From NCBI GenBank assembly GCA_020137815.1, contig CM035350.1, forward strand, positions 4,650,001 through 4,714,000: a stretch of DNA of 64,000 nucleotides. Reading direction: 5' to 3'. This stretch comes from Hormiphora californensis (lineage: Eukaryota > Animalia > Ctenophora). Below the pieces are notes generated by a model. That model saw only the letters and a list, made by a program, of their open reading frames with translations. It was not told the DNA's origin and did not search any database. Positions 30,469 through 43,135 of the stretch are shown in pieces (position 1 is the stretch's first letter; the number at the start of each line of letters is the position of its first letter). The position numbers were made by a program, and so were the translations under genes.

Positions 30469-32554
30469 TATATAATATTGAGCAGATACTGGAATTTTAG
30501 TAACTTGAAAAAGTTTTTATTTTACATACTTGTAAAATTTGAATAAATAAGTCGGGATATCTCAAATTACCTCCGATTTTATAAAATCAAACAATAAAAA
30601 AGTCCCATTTTATCCAAAACCACTCTCAGAATTCTAAGTACTTATTTTGATTGAATTTTGTGTTATACCACTGTTAAAACAGTGCCAAAATGGATCCTTA
30701 ATCCCAGAATGTACTCAGTGATCACATTGGTAACCGCGGTATATTTAAAAAAATTTGAAAGCTCAAGATATCATGATATCTGATTTACACAATTATACAT
30801 ATCTCAGATATCATAATCAGATATGATATATGATCCACATGTCACATTGTTAGTAAATGGAAGGGTATAAAACAAACTTTTAAGATAAATGAAACAAAAG
30901 GAAAATAATGCAAGATTTAGTTACAACAACTGGCTACGGAATCACTAACTGGACCTCCACAGTTCTGCAGCTGGTTGTTTGTTATGTGGGTACTACTGGG
31001 TATACTTAGTACGAATACAGCAGTAGATAATACCAAGTGTGCCGCGTGAGGACCCGTGATTGGTAGGAGTTAAACTAACGCGTGACCCTTACATGAGACG
31101 GCCTTGTCGCCAATGGAGTCTGTGAAATAGACAATTTAGAGTTCAAGTGACAATTCTTGAGCAATACAACTTTGCAGTTTACTATCCAGCGTGGCGCCAC
31201 ACACATATTCTCTCTCTGATCTCTCTGTATCTCTCACACAATGGATCAATAAGATAACAAGAAGTATGATAATATGGTGGATTGTTAGTTACTTGGAGTT
31301 CTAAAGGACTCTTGTTACAGGCAGCTGGATAGAGGCTAGAGCATGCTCGATTCCAAAACTGTTATCAACTTTATTGAACCAGCTATGCCACCAAAATAAA
31401 TTGCCGCTTGCGATAAACTCAATGTTGTCTCATAGATTACCGTCGATAATCTATGAGAATATAGAATTGAGATAAATTATCGGATTTCAAGGAATGTGAA
31501 TGCGGCCACTTTGTAGTACTACCTCTTTTGCTCGCAACTCAAGTACCTAATCTAAGACGTCATAACAGTTCTGACCTCTGGATTATTCGGCATTCGGGTA
31601 CTGGTCCAGCCCCGGCCTCCGTCCCAAAATGTACACTCTAACCGGTACCCCTTGTGGCTTGTGCCACCAAAATCGGCAAAGGTCTTCCAGATTTTCTGTA
31701 CTCTACAGGACATCAACTGTACCTGGCAGCTAGCAGCTAACTGATTTCGCCCGGGCCCCGGCAGAACCGCCTTCTCGAATTTCGATTTTATTTGACCAAA
31801 AAGTTTTCGAAGAAATTTCGCTTTCGACAAAATTTCGTTACTCGAAACGGAAAGTAAAACGACGCGCACTTGTTTATAAAATGTAACGCGCGAAAAATAT
31901 CAAGACTTGTATTTTGATAAGATTCGCGCGCGCCAATCGCCTCGTGATCTGATTCTTAACTTTTGAGTTTTGAAGACTTTTTGAAAACGTTCTTTTTTTT
32001 TTCTTCCAAGAAGTTGGAAAGAGCTGTCTTGTCCCGCTCTTTTAGCTTTCCTTCCCTCATTTCAAGCTCGTGTGCAGTGTGCACTGTTAAAAAGTGAATC
32101 CTCCTTTCAACTAACTTTGGACACTTTCAAAGTACGGCTTACCTTTTCAGTTTTCTTTCTCCTTCCTGAATCCAGGCTTCTGAAATGGAACTGTGTGGAA
32201 TCCAGAGCCTCAAATTAGGGGTGATTAAGACTGTAGGGAGACCTTAGTTTACTATAAATTTCATTCCTCGTTTGTAGTACTGAAACACTGCTCTGTTTTC
32301 ATTTTGGTGAGGTTATTTCACATGTCTCCCGTTTCAGTAATTTTGTTGCAGGTTGAATATGCAGTCAAGTGAGACTCAAAACTTAAACACAGGCATGTTG
32401 TGTGAACAATAATAATCGGGTTGTGACTAAAAAATGATCATATTTCAAAAACCGGGGTAACCGGGCTGATTTGTCCATTTTATTTGATTTCGTGTCGAAT
32501 GAGTTCTTTCTCGTTTGATTCTCGTCATTTTTCTAACCGAATCTGACAACTTAA

Positions 32555-33480
<926 letters not shown>

Positions 33481-34182
33481 ATCGTGGCTCACCCCCTACT
33501 TAGGAAAAACTCTTCGCTCTCACGGACAATATTTGGGACAAAAACACAGTGGACGAGAGCATCATCATTTGTTGAGTTTTTAAGAAGGAGTAGAAAACTC
33601 TCTCTCTCTCTCTCTCTGTTGATATATTTGATACGATCTTCATAGCCCACATAGTTCGTACTAAACGAGTTTACCACGACACATACACAATTATGTTGCA
33701 CCGAGAGAGTAAAAAGTAGTTGGCGCTCAGTGAAAATCACACTAAATATACGTGTCAATAGTTTGAGCATGTCTTCTGTGTCCCTCTCACCAGGAAAACT
33801 ATTGCTACTTCAAATAGTTCGACTCTCTCTCTCTCTAGTATTTTTCAAGTTTGTTATACAATTCTGGATGTTTGTACATGTATACGTTATAGATGTTTAT
33901 TACACACACACACAACTTATTATTCTTAGTTCCTTCTCTCCTGCAATGAGTTTATACCATTAACCAAATTAGATAAAGAGTTGACAATAGTACTCTCTCA
34001 CTCTGACGTGAGGTTGTGAGAATCCCATTATTTATCAAGACTAAATTAAGTAGTTAAAGAAGAAGTGTGAAGTAATATTATATTTGCCATATGGCCCAAT
34101 CGATCTCTAATAATAGACCTTGAAAAACGATGTTGTATTATAGCTATGTTTTTAAAGGAATCTTCACAGGAAATGACCGTGT

Positions 34183-34227
<45 letters not shown>

Positions 34228-34376
34228 CTCTCACTTTCTTCTCTCTCTCTCTCTCTCTCTCCCTGACTGTGTTTTACTATCCCTACGATCCCGTGAGAAA
34301 GCACAGTGACAGTGTGTGTGTGTGGGAGTGCAATAATCTTTGGCCAATTAGTCACAATCTCTCTTCCTTTATCCCT

Positions 34377-34485
<109 letters not shown>

Positions 34486-34540
34486 CTTTTCTCATACCGT
34501 AATTACATCTCCCTTTCCCCCATTTTAGCGCACAGCAGGC

Positions 34541-35434
34541 ATGTCACAGGATTTCTATACCAGCGGCTACGACATGGGATACGGACAGCCAGCCCAACAA
34601 CAACAGCGTGCCCCAGACCAGACCAGCCAGGGAGGGTGGAGTGATCAGAGTTGGAACTCACCACCCCAGTATGCTGCAGCACCCAACACATCTGCTCAGT
34701 ATGGAACACCCTCACCCAACATGTACCATGCACAACCTCAACAACAACAACAGTACAGCCCGTATAGTAACCCAGCGGGAGGGTACACACCGGACTATAA
34801 CAACCAAGGGGGACAACAAAACCAAGGGTTCTATACGGGGAATTATTATAACCCCGCAGAAAACATGGGCAGCATGGGAGCCACTGCACCCCAGTCCGCA
34901 ACTACCGGGGACAGTTTTGAGGACGAGCCACCACTAATGGAGGAGCTGGGTATAGACCTGCCCCAGATATACCAGACCACCATGACTGTGTTGAATCCTA
35001 GTAAACCTGCAGTAACCACTCTCATGGACGATCCTGATCTATCTGGTCCGCTCATTTTCTGTCTCCTTTTCGGATCTCTCCTCCTTCTCTCGGGGAAGAT
35101 TCACTTTGGTTACATCTACGGGGTGGCTCTAGTTGGAACGGTGGCGATGTATTCCTTGTTAAACCTGATGAGTGTTAACGGTGTCAGCGCCTCTATAACC
35201 GTGTCTGTGTTGGGCTACTGTATGTTGCCCATGTGTGTCCTCGCTGGAATATCTGCTATTTTCTCTCTAAAGGGTATCTTGGGAGTGATCCTGTGTGGGA
35301 TAACAGTTTCCTGGGCTGCCTTTGCCTCCTCCAAGCTGTTTGTAAGTGTGTTGGCGATGTACGATCAGCAGCCTCTAGTGGGATACCCCTGTGCCCTAAT
35401 GTATGGGGTGTTTGCTGTGTTGACTGTATTTTAA
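34541..35434 (+). CDS. YIPF5: Yip1-family protein YIPF5/7, single coding exon
   Basis: Q/Y/G-rich N-terminus, FEDEPPLMEELGI, DLSGPLIFCL, GKIHFGYIYG, SVLGYCMLP, YPCALMYGVF. Confidence 0.92.
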   Translation: MSQDFYTSGYDMGYGQPAQQQQRAPDQTSQGGWSDQSWNSPPQYAAAPNTSAQYGTPSPNMYHAQPQQQQQYSPYSNPAGGYTPDYNNQGGQQNQGFYTGNYYNPAENMGSMGATAPQSATTGDSFEDEPPLMEELGIDLPQIYQTTMTVLNPSKPAVTTLMDDPDLSGPLIFCLLFGSLLLLSGKIHFGYIYGVALVGTVAMYSLLNLMSVNGVSASITVSVLGYCMLPMCVLAGISAIFSLKGILGVILCGITVSWAAFASSKLFVSVLAMYDQQPLVGYPCALMYGVFAVLTVF

Positions 35435-36028
35435 AAAGTAGACTAACATTTATCTTGCATGTGGGGTTATGAAATCTTTAGCAGCAAGTGAGAGACAGGT
35501 CTCCTTTTTTTTCTTTCAGAATCTGTCTGTTTTTTGTATTCATTTGGCTATAATTGTGTTTGAGTGCACAATCTATAATGTAAATTTTCCAAAATTGTGC
35601 ATAATTTTAACCAAAATTACCGTGTATGATTTCTTCTGCACTGGGTAGTTTATATAATCTGAGGACGGCTGTGAGAAAGCGCTGGAATTAGTAGACCAGT
35701 ATAAGCCTTGTGTGTAGAGTGAAAATTAGGCTAAATACCACATTGAAATGGGTATAAACTGCTGTCAGCACATTTCTGTATCTCTAGCTGTCTCAGATTA
35801 TAGTCGTTCTAAAGGATACTATCTGTTGAAAGTACCAATCCAAGATTGAAGAGGTTTTATCCATTTCATTTCCTTCGCCCATTCCTTTATTTTATTCTCT
35901 TTGCTCTTTTCTTGTTCCCCCAATCCCCATCAAGCATTGCATTAAAAACGGAATAATAGCGCTATACCGAATTCGTCCCTGTCTATCCATCTCTTGGTAC
36001 AAACACTCCAGCTGTCATCATACCCCCA

Positions 36029-36098
<70 letters not shown>

Positions 36099-36499
36099 TC
36101 TATCCTTCTCTTTACCAACCCCGTCAAATTAACAGTCCTCCAAGACCTCACCCACACGCCAAGAACTGTATGTCATCCTAAAGCTTTCTGGTTTTATCCT
36201 GTTTCTAACAGGCTACCCTGAAAATAGGGTCTGTACAAGGATATAATGCCATTTGTTTAAATCCTAGCTACCTACACATCGGATTATTAACATTCTAATT
36301 ATACTTCTATCTGAGAGCTCTATGTTCTGTTGATCTTTCTTCCTCCCTCTATGATCCTCCATGGACAATTTATCGTTCTCTCCGCATTTTCCCTCGCTGA
36401 GTATGCTCTCTCGCATGTTATTCATTAAGTTATTTCTCCCGTGTCCGATGTTGATGACTGCTAAATATACCATTCTAATATAATATTGAAGAGTCTCTG

Positions 36500-36569
<70 letters not shown>

Positions 36570-37278
36570 CTCTCTCTCTCACTTTCTGTTTCTCTCTCTC
36601 TCTCTCCCGCTATTGTCTTAAGAGAAGGTAGATTACGGCTGGTAATCACAAGCAGGGAGATGTGAGCTTGGTAAACTTACACACACAAAACACTTTGATA
36701 AAGTTTATGTAAAAAATGGTCGGGGTTGTGTGGCTCACACTGCATTTTATTTCGGAAGTGCGCTCTGTGAGAGTTAGGCAGATCAAGGTAGGGGGTCTAC
36801 TAACCTGTCTGCCTTCCAAACTTGACTACCGTAACATCTTCCTGGATATCTAAATGTTTGTTTGTCCTGGATCCTCCATCCAGTACCCTAACTGCGACAA
36901 TCGAGGGAAGTGTGCAACTCGACTAATGCTCTGCCGAGTGTAAAACTGAGAAACTGTCCTAATTTTCTACCGCGTAGATTGTGAAAGAAAATGGGAGCTA
37001 TAATTATTGTGTGATAGGAGAAAAGTGAAACGGACCTGTATAATGACTGTACCTCTCTTTTCCAAATTTCAAAAGAGCAGTTCAGAGTTAGTAGTATCAG
37101 GCAGTATAATTATACGATGGTATTACCATAAAAGAAGCGGACTTACAAACCTCAATGGGGATTATAAACCAACTTCCATTTCCGCCAATAAATCGTTCAT
37201 TGAGTACTAACGAGATGATGGGGAACAGGGAAAATCACGATAGAAAGAGAGAGAGGGAGAGAGAGATAGAGAGAGAGG

Positions 37279-37324
<46 letters not shown>

Positions 37325-37372
37325 GAGACAGAGAGAGAGAGACAGAGAGACACAGAGGGATAGAGAGAAGCC

Positions 37373-38546
37373 GGTAATATGGTAGTTCTGGGCTGAACAT
37401 TTTCGACCGCTTTAAAGCGCTTTAAAGCGTTTGAGAAAGCGCTTTATAGCGCTATAAAGCGCTTTAAAGCGGTACCGCTTTAAAGCGCACCGCTTTAAAG
37501 CGCTTTTAAAGCGCTAAAAGCGCTTTAAAGCGATTCTTGTAGGGATTTAAAGCGCTTTCGAAAGCGCTATAAAGCGCTTTCGCAAGCGCTTTAAAGCGCT
37601 ACCGCTATAAAGCGCTTTTTTTGTTCAAAATCCAAAAATAAAGCGCTTTAAAGCGCTTTAAAAGTGCTTTCAAAAGCGCTATAAAGCGCTTTCTCAAACG
37701 CTTTAAAGCGCTTTCTAGCGCTTTTTAGCGCTTTATAGCGCTTTCGAAAGCGCTTTTAAAAGCGCTACAAAGCGCTATAAAGCGCTATAAAGCGCTTTTT
37801 ATAGCGCTATGAAGCGCTTTTTTTAGCGCTTTTGAAACCGCTTTTTAAAGCGCTTTAAAGCGCTTTTTATAGCGCTATAAAGCGCTTTCAAAAGCGCTAT
37901 AAAGCGCTTTAAAGCGCTTTATAGCGCTATGAAAAGCACTTTTAAAAAGCGCTTTTTATAGCGCTATAAAGCGCTTTTTATAGCGCTATAAAGCGCTTTA
38001 TAGCGCTATAAAAAGCGCTTTTAAGCGCTTTATAAAGCTTTGAAAAGCGCTTTATAGCGCTATAAAAAGCGCTTTTTAGGGCTTTTTAAAGCACTTTTCA
38101 AAGTTCTTTTTAGACCGCTTTTAAAAGCGCTTTAAAAAGCGCTTTAAAGCGCTACTGTACGATTTAAAGCGCTTTAAAGCGCTATAAAGCGCTAAAAGTG
38201 CTTCAAAGCGCTATAAAGCGTTCTTAAAAGCGCTTTATAGCGCTTTTTAAAGCGATTTTAAAGCGCTTTAAAGCGCTTTATTTTTGGATTTTGAACAAAA
38301 AAAGCGCTTTATAGCGGCAGCGCTTTAAAGCGCTTGCGAAAGCGCTTTATAGCGCTTTCGGAAGCGCTATAAATCGTTAGAAGAATCGCTTTAAAGCGCT
38401 TTTAGCGCTTTAAAAGCGCTTTAAAGCGGTGCGATTTAAAGCGGTACCGCTTTAAAGCGCTTTATAGCGCTATAAAGCGCTTTCTCAAACGCTTTAAAGC
38501 GCTTTAAAGCGGTCGAAAAAGTTCAGCCCAGAACTACCATATTACC
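37373..38546. mobile_element. Foldback-type non-autonomous DNA transposon, Merlin-like
   Basis: TIR GGTAATATGGTAGTTCTGGGCTGAAC and its reverse complement; 8-bp TSD GAGAAGCC at 37365-37372 and 38547-38554; interior built of AAAGCGCTTT units. Confidence 0.85.
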
Positions 38547-38620
38547 GAGAAGCCTGGTGATACTCCCACAACTAAATCCTGCGGGTATAGCTTACACAAT
38601 AGATTGTAACTTTTCATCCA

Positions 38621-38663
<43 letters not shown>

Positions 38664-39646
38664 CTCTCTCTCTCGCTCTGTCTACTATTTTGTTTCTCTC
38701 TGGTCGCTGCTGCAGTAGTTTTAAAACCCAGATAACTACCATATGAATTCAGTGTACACACGATCGGACAACAATTCTGAAGGAGAGGGGAGGGCGAGAG
38801 GAAGATGGAGAGAAAGATACAGCTATTATAATAGAGTTAGTGACTGAGTGAGATAGAGAGAGCTAGTAAGTGAGAGAGGGGGGTGTGTGGAGGGGACACT
38901 TGAAGGGGTTGTTATCGCAGTAGGGATAGTGAGGCATGAGGAGACGGACAGACAAACATACACATGATAGAAAACATTTACTGACCAAAAGTGGTGACCA
39001 GTGATCCCCCACCAATTATGCATGAAAATAACCCGCCAAATGTTATAAAAAATATCTTGGTCTCGCCCTGTCTGGCGCCGCGACCCACCTGAGCGCACTG
39101 AGAATCAAATGGGGTATGGCGCCGCCATACAGGTCTCGCCACATACTTCAAATGACAAGAGCTTATTTTATCATGAGTTTTGAAGGGTTATCTTTTGATA
39201 GATTTGAGTGATTGGGGAGTGGTTAGATGTCTCTTTATCTTGTCAGATATCTCTCTGTTAGAATACTATTATTTTGTGCCCCGCCCTTTATAATTTTGAT
39301 ATCATTCTCCCACTTGGGAAACTTTCTAAGCACACTACCGACCATTCAAAGTTACACACACTTGTCAACACCCCACACACTCATTAAGTCATCAAAAAGC
39401 TCACGAGCAAGGGAGTGTGGGATTCACTGGTCGTGAGAGAACTGCTATCGAAGAGAGTTTGATGTAAAACAGTTAGAGAGAGTGCGGCATGGGGGTGACG
39501 GGAAGTATAAGTTCCCACCTCAAGGGAAATGATAAGTGTGTTAATTTTCTGTGATTTAGTTTGTAAAACAATCATAGTGCCCACTGGCATGGTACTGATC
39601 CCCCACTCATCCTTCAAGAAACAGCTCTTAATTCTCAACCCTAAAG

Positions 39647-39792
39647 TCCATTTTTTTTCAACTGTTCACCCAAAAACTGAAATTTAATAAAAATTAGAAT
39701 TTGGGTGGCGCGCGCTATACGTTAACATGTGATAAACGCGCAAAAAAATTCCGCGCACAACTTTGGGGGGTGAACAGTTGAAAAAAAATGGA
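39647..39792. mobile_element. Short inverted-repeat element (MITE)
   Basis: tccattttttttcaactgttcaccc / gggtgaacagttgaaaaaaaatgga. Confidence 0.65.
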
Positions 39793-39829
39793 GTATACTG
39801 TACCCTCCGATTGCCGAAAGCAAGTCATT

Positions 39830-40156
39830 GTACTCTCACTTATGCATCCCATGAATGGCGGCAGGTTTCAAATTCCCATATTCCTCCTGGAACCTCGTAT
39901 CCTCTCTCGCTTGCGTGGACGGCTGCAGATTGATCACCACGACCTGCAGTAACGCGCGAACCGCCCAACTGCAGGGTAGCAAGGCTGGTGTTGGCGCTTA
40001 GTGGATAGGACGCGCGCTCACACCGCCAGGGACCCTTTCGTCTGCAGCACCTTGGTGTGACGTCACGGTGAGATGTACACGTGACGTCAGTGGTGAGTGT
40101 AGCACAACATATGATCGGAGAGAGAGCCAATCAGTGATACATTCACCACCACTCAT
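39830..40156 (-). ncRNA. Candidate structured RNA of unknown family just downstream of RPS25 (strand inferred from the cluster)
   Basis: Consecutive hairpins: gtggtgaatgta/tacactcaccac, tgattgg/ccgatca, tgacgtcacg/cgtgacgtca, tgggcgg/ccgtcca, ctgcagg/tctgcag; GC-rich island. Confidence 0.35.
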
Positions 40157-40210
40157 TTAACGAAGAAAAGAACACAATTTCATAAATAAAAACCATCAAA
40201 AAGACAATAT

Positions 40211-40558
40211 CTATTCCGCATCAACCTCATTTGAGTTTCTGGTGTAAATGACTTGGTTGGCGTGTTTGTCAACCAGTTTGATCATGCCCTTGGCGTAGAG
40301 CTCTTCAAGTCCGAACCTGGCGAGGGATCCCCTGACCTTCAGCCTCTCTGACACGATACTGGGAGTGATCAGCTTGTACTTGGGTACCTCCTCGTAGAGC
40401 TTTCCGTAGGTGGTCTTGTCAAACATGGGGGCGTTGTTCAGCTTGTCCCTCGTCTTTCCTTTCGACCACTTCTTCTTCTTGGCCTTTCCCCCGGACTTGG
40501 CCTTCGCCGGCTTGTCCTTGCCAGTCTTGGATGTGGCCGCAGCCTTCTTAGGTGGCAT
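40211..40558 (-). CDS. RPS25: 40S ribosomal protein S25 (eS25), intronless CDS
   Basis: [18 protein letters not shown]...[25 protein letters not shown]...QVIYTR. Confidence 0.97.
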   Translation of the reverse strand: MPPKKAAATSKTGKDKPAKAKSGGKAKKKKWSKGKTRDKLNNAPMFDKTTYGKLYEEVPKYKLITPSIVSERLKVRGSLARFGLEELYAKGMIKLVDKHANQVIYTRNSNEVDAE

Positions 40559-40688
40559 ACCTATATAATGGGAAGAGAGGGCTGGTTATCAAGAATGGGA
40601 AGAGAGAGGGCTGGTTATCGGGAATTAACAGGTGGCTAGTTATCAGGAATAGGAACATGGGTTGGGCAGGTATTGAGAGGAAAGAAAG

Positions 40689-40832
40689 GTTTGTAACGAC
40701 CGGCAAAAACCATCACACCACATGATAGCCATGGGGGGCTGGTGAGACAGGGTGAAGGGGAGGTAATGTAATGTACGGTGGTATAAAAAGAGGTGAGCCA
40801 AACTCTGGGCAAACCTCAGGAACACACACCGA
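40689..40832 (-). ncRNA. Candidate H/ACA snoRNA between RPL7A and RPS25
   Basis: Hairpin cggtg..gaggt..acctc..caccg followed by ACATTA (ANANNA); second hairpin ggctatcat/gtgatggtt followed by ACA; target not identified. Confidence 0.45.
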
Positions 40833-40994
40833 TAGGGAATGGTAATGGAAAGAAAAATAGGGGACTAATAGAGAACGGGGGAGTTTGAGAGATTTGTAGA
40901 AGAGAAGGGTCATGGAATGGGAATGGGACGAGGGTTTGGGGGTTGGTTAAAAAATACACATCTCGGTGGATAAAATATAAAAACTGGAGATAAC

Positions 40995-41696
40995 TTAGTT
41001 GCCACCACCCCATGTTTTCCTGATTTCGTCAAATCGGTCATTGTAGTTCGTCTTGACAGTGCTGATAAGGTTGTTCAGAGCGTTCTTGTCCTCGGGCTTC
41101 ACAGCGGTGAGACAGACAGCAGCGGCAGTCTTCATGTGCACAAGCTGTCCAAGCCTGGCCTTTCCCTTGACGATGCAGTAGGGGACGTTCATCTTCCTGC
41201 AGAGGGCGGGCAGCCAGACAACGAGCTCAATGGGGTCAACATCGTGAGCAATGACCACCAGCTGAGCCTTCTTCTTCTCGATCAGACCGGTCACGTGGTT
41301 TAGTCCGTATTTGACAACGATGGGCTTCTTGCCGCTCTCGGTCTTCTCCGCCTCAGCCATGCTCCTCAGCCTCTCCTTCTTCTCGGCAGATGTTTCGGGC
41401 TTGTACTTCCTCATCAGCTTGAAGAGAGAGGTAGCAGTGCTCTTGTCAAGGGTCATGGTGAACTGGTTAACACTTGGGGGCACCTTCAGCCTCTGGAAAA
41501 GGGTCTTCTTCTGCCTCTGGAGTCGGACATACTTGGGCCACTTAACAAACCTCCTCAGGTCCCTCTTGGGCTGGACATCTCCTCCGATACTGAAGTTCTT
41601 GGGTCTCCTCTCAATCAGGGGGTTGGTGCCCTTCTTTGCCTTGGCAGAGGCGGCGGGCACTGCCGCGGTCTTCTTGACACGCTTCACCTTTGGCAT
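40995..41696 (-). CDS. RPL7A: 60S ribosomal protein L7a (eL8), intronless, C-terminally short
   Basis: [39 protein letters not shown]...[26 protein letters not shown]...WGGGN*. Confidence 0.97.
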   Translation of the reverse strand: MPKVKRVKKTAAVPAASAKAKKGTNPLIERRPKNFSIGGDVQPKRDLRRFVKWPKYVRLQRQKKTLFQRLKVPPSVNQFTMTLDKSTATSLFKLMRKYKPETSAEKKERLRSMAEAEKTESGKKPIVVKYGLNHVTGLIEKKKAQLVVIAHDVDPIELVVWLPALCRKMNVPYCIVKGKARLGQLVHMKTAAAVCLTAVKPEDKNALNNLISTVKTNYNDRFDEIRKTWGGGN

Positions 41697-41836
41697 GCTA
41701 CAAGGATAGTGGATGGGTTAGTTCAACAAGACCGGGGGTGGTAGGTCAGGGAGTTTTATAAACAGCTTTAATGTTGTATCAAAACATAGAGATCAATAAT
41801 TTAACTATACAAAACGAAACAGACATAAAAACTCGC

Positions 41837-42220
41837 TCATTTCTTAAATATTGCCTGGTATTTATCCAATATATCCCGTTTAACTGCAGGGTGAGTTGTC
41901 CCGGGGAAGTCTATTACACCCGCGGTGTTACCATACTTTTTGTTAATAGTCTCCAACTTATCGGCCGATGGGTAAAACACTCCATTGGGAGCCAAGAAGG
42001 GGTGATCAGCAAATGGGTACGGGTTAGGGGCGATGACAAGCGGCTGAACGTGGACTAGATGCTGTAGTTTGTGTAGCTGCGAGTTGAAGTGAGGAGTATT
42101 GGGAACAATCGCGGGTTTGTATTGAACAGTGAGGCCCAGCTCGGTACACAGTTCCTGAATTGACAGCCTGTTACCCTTGAGAGGTCTGATCAACTTAACA
42201 CACCACAACTTATTTGCCAT
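41837..42220 (-). CDS. MRPL30: Mitochondrial ribosomal protein uL30m-like; N-terminus uncertain, acceptor AG at 42241-42242
   Basis: KLWCVKLIRPLKG...ELGLTVQYKPAIVPNTPHFNSQLHKLQHLVHVQPL matches the L30 pattern (LGL...V.N.P..N..L..V.HLV.V.PL). Confidence 0.75.
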   Translation of the reverse strand: MANKLWCVKLIRPLKGNRLSIQELCTELGLTVQYKPAIVPNTPHFNSQLHKLQHLVHVQPLVIAPNPYPFADHPFLAPNGVFYPSADKLETINKKYGNTAGVIDFPGTTHPAVKRDILDKYQAIFKK

Positions 42221-42308
42221 ACTGTCCTCACCGGTCCATCCTATATTGGGAAGAGAGAAGTCAGCAGGTCGTCCATTGAATGTGTGTGTGTGCCAACTAG
42301 GGTGGTGC

Positions 42309-42382
42309 TAGCGCGCACTTAAAACTTCACCGAAATACCAGCAACTCCTACTTTAGTACGAATGGCGTGTCATGGCGCGCTA
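42309..42382 (-). promoter_or_regulatory. Degenerate SECIS-like hairpin (SECIS3)
   Basis: tagcgcgc-c-ATGAC...AAA...TGAA...gcgcgcta; helix II pairs poorly and the spacing is 14 nt. Confidence 0.3.
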
Positions 42383-42491
42383 CGCTGACCACGCTTTTGA
42401 ACACGCGCAAAGTCCCCGGGCGGGATAGATCTACACTCGAGACACATCCCAGCAGGATCCGGTGTGTGTAACGGGTGTTGGTTGAAAACTT

Positions 42492-42572
42492 GGGACAACT
42501 TGTGTATATCAGTGACACCGCTGTGACACTCTGTCACTTTCACACTGTCACGTCATGTTATTGTGTTGTCCC
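42492..42572 (-). promoter_or_regulatory. SECIS element, type II (SECIS2)
   Basis: Helix I gggacaac/gttgtccc; ATGAC-gtgacagtgtg-AAA-gtgaca(gag)tgtcac-agcggtgtcac-TGAT. Confidence 0.8.
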
Positions 42573-42606
42573 CGGGGGAGGCTGCAACTGAAGACACCGG
42601 GATATA

Positions 42607-42813
42607 TTATCAGGGAACCAGAGTCTGCTGAATAATCCTCAGAGCACTGGACACCACTGAAACTGTCGGCTGGGAACTGTTTGTGTGTATACTGTGTACA
42701 TGGGATAGTGGTTGAAGGCTGAAGTTGGTTGTAAGGGTTGGTGCTGTTAATATGGGAGATGTAATAGGAGAGGAGCGAAGAGAGCAGCACACTCGCCGGA
42801 CATGCCGTATCAT
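42607..42813 (-). CDS. 67-aa ORF (MIRHVRRVCCSLRSS...QTLVP) ending TGA-TAA; either a small selenopeptide or the targeting-peptide exon of MRPL30
   Basis: Acceptor ctctgttctag|ctATG like neighbouring cistrons; Arg/Ser/Thr-rich with no acidic residues; SECIS2 core about 54 nt after the TGA. Confidence 0.4.
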
Positions 42814-43049
42814 AGCTAGAACAGAGAGTGGGTTACAACAAATGCGAAATAAATTAAGTGGATGGAGGATTGGGGGACAGTCCGAAGACGTGGGATAAGG
42901 TCTGGGGAGAATTAACCGGGGGAGAGGGGAATAATACACACATTTGTTCATCTGCAAAATTTCTTAAAGACATATCTAAATCATCAAATAACTTATGAAA
43001 CAAATCAACAAAACAAAAGAGAGAAAGAGGGTAGAAAGATAAGTTACAC

Positions 43050-43135
43050 CAACAGCAGAAGAGTCGTATCAGTGGTAGAGCGATGTCTATCTGACTTTCT
43101 CGCCCCCACGTCATGTCTTGAACCAGTGCTTCACA
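43050..43135 (-). promoter_or_regulatory. SECIS element, type II (SECIS1), in the SelU 3'UTR; core 43068-43114
   Basis: ATGAC-gtgggggcgag-AAA-gtc(agata)gac-a-tcgctctaccac-TGAT, about 125 nt after the stop codon. Confidence 0.88.

Noticed and set aside
39878-40206. snR30/U17-like m1 (ATATTCCT) and m2 (AAACCAT-7nt-ACA) on the plus strand
   Set aside because: The motifs are about 300 nt apart, share no closing stem, and m2 is the antisense of the RPS25 3'UTR motif
42405-42425. AAAGTCCCCGGG resembling RNase MRP CR-I
   Set aside because: No downstream GGGGCU CR-V partner for helix P4, and it is antisense to the cluster
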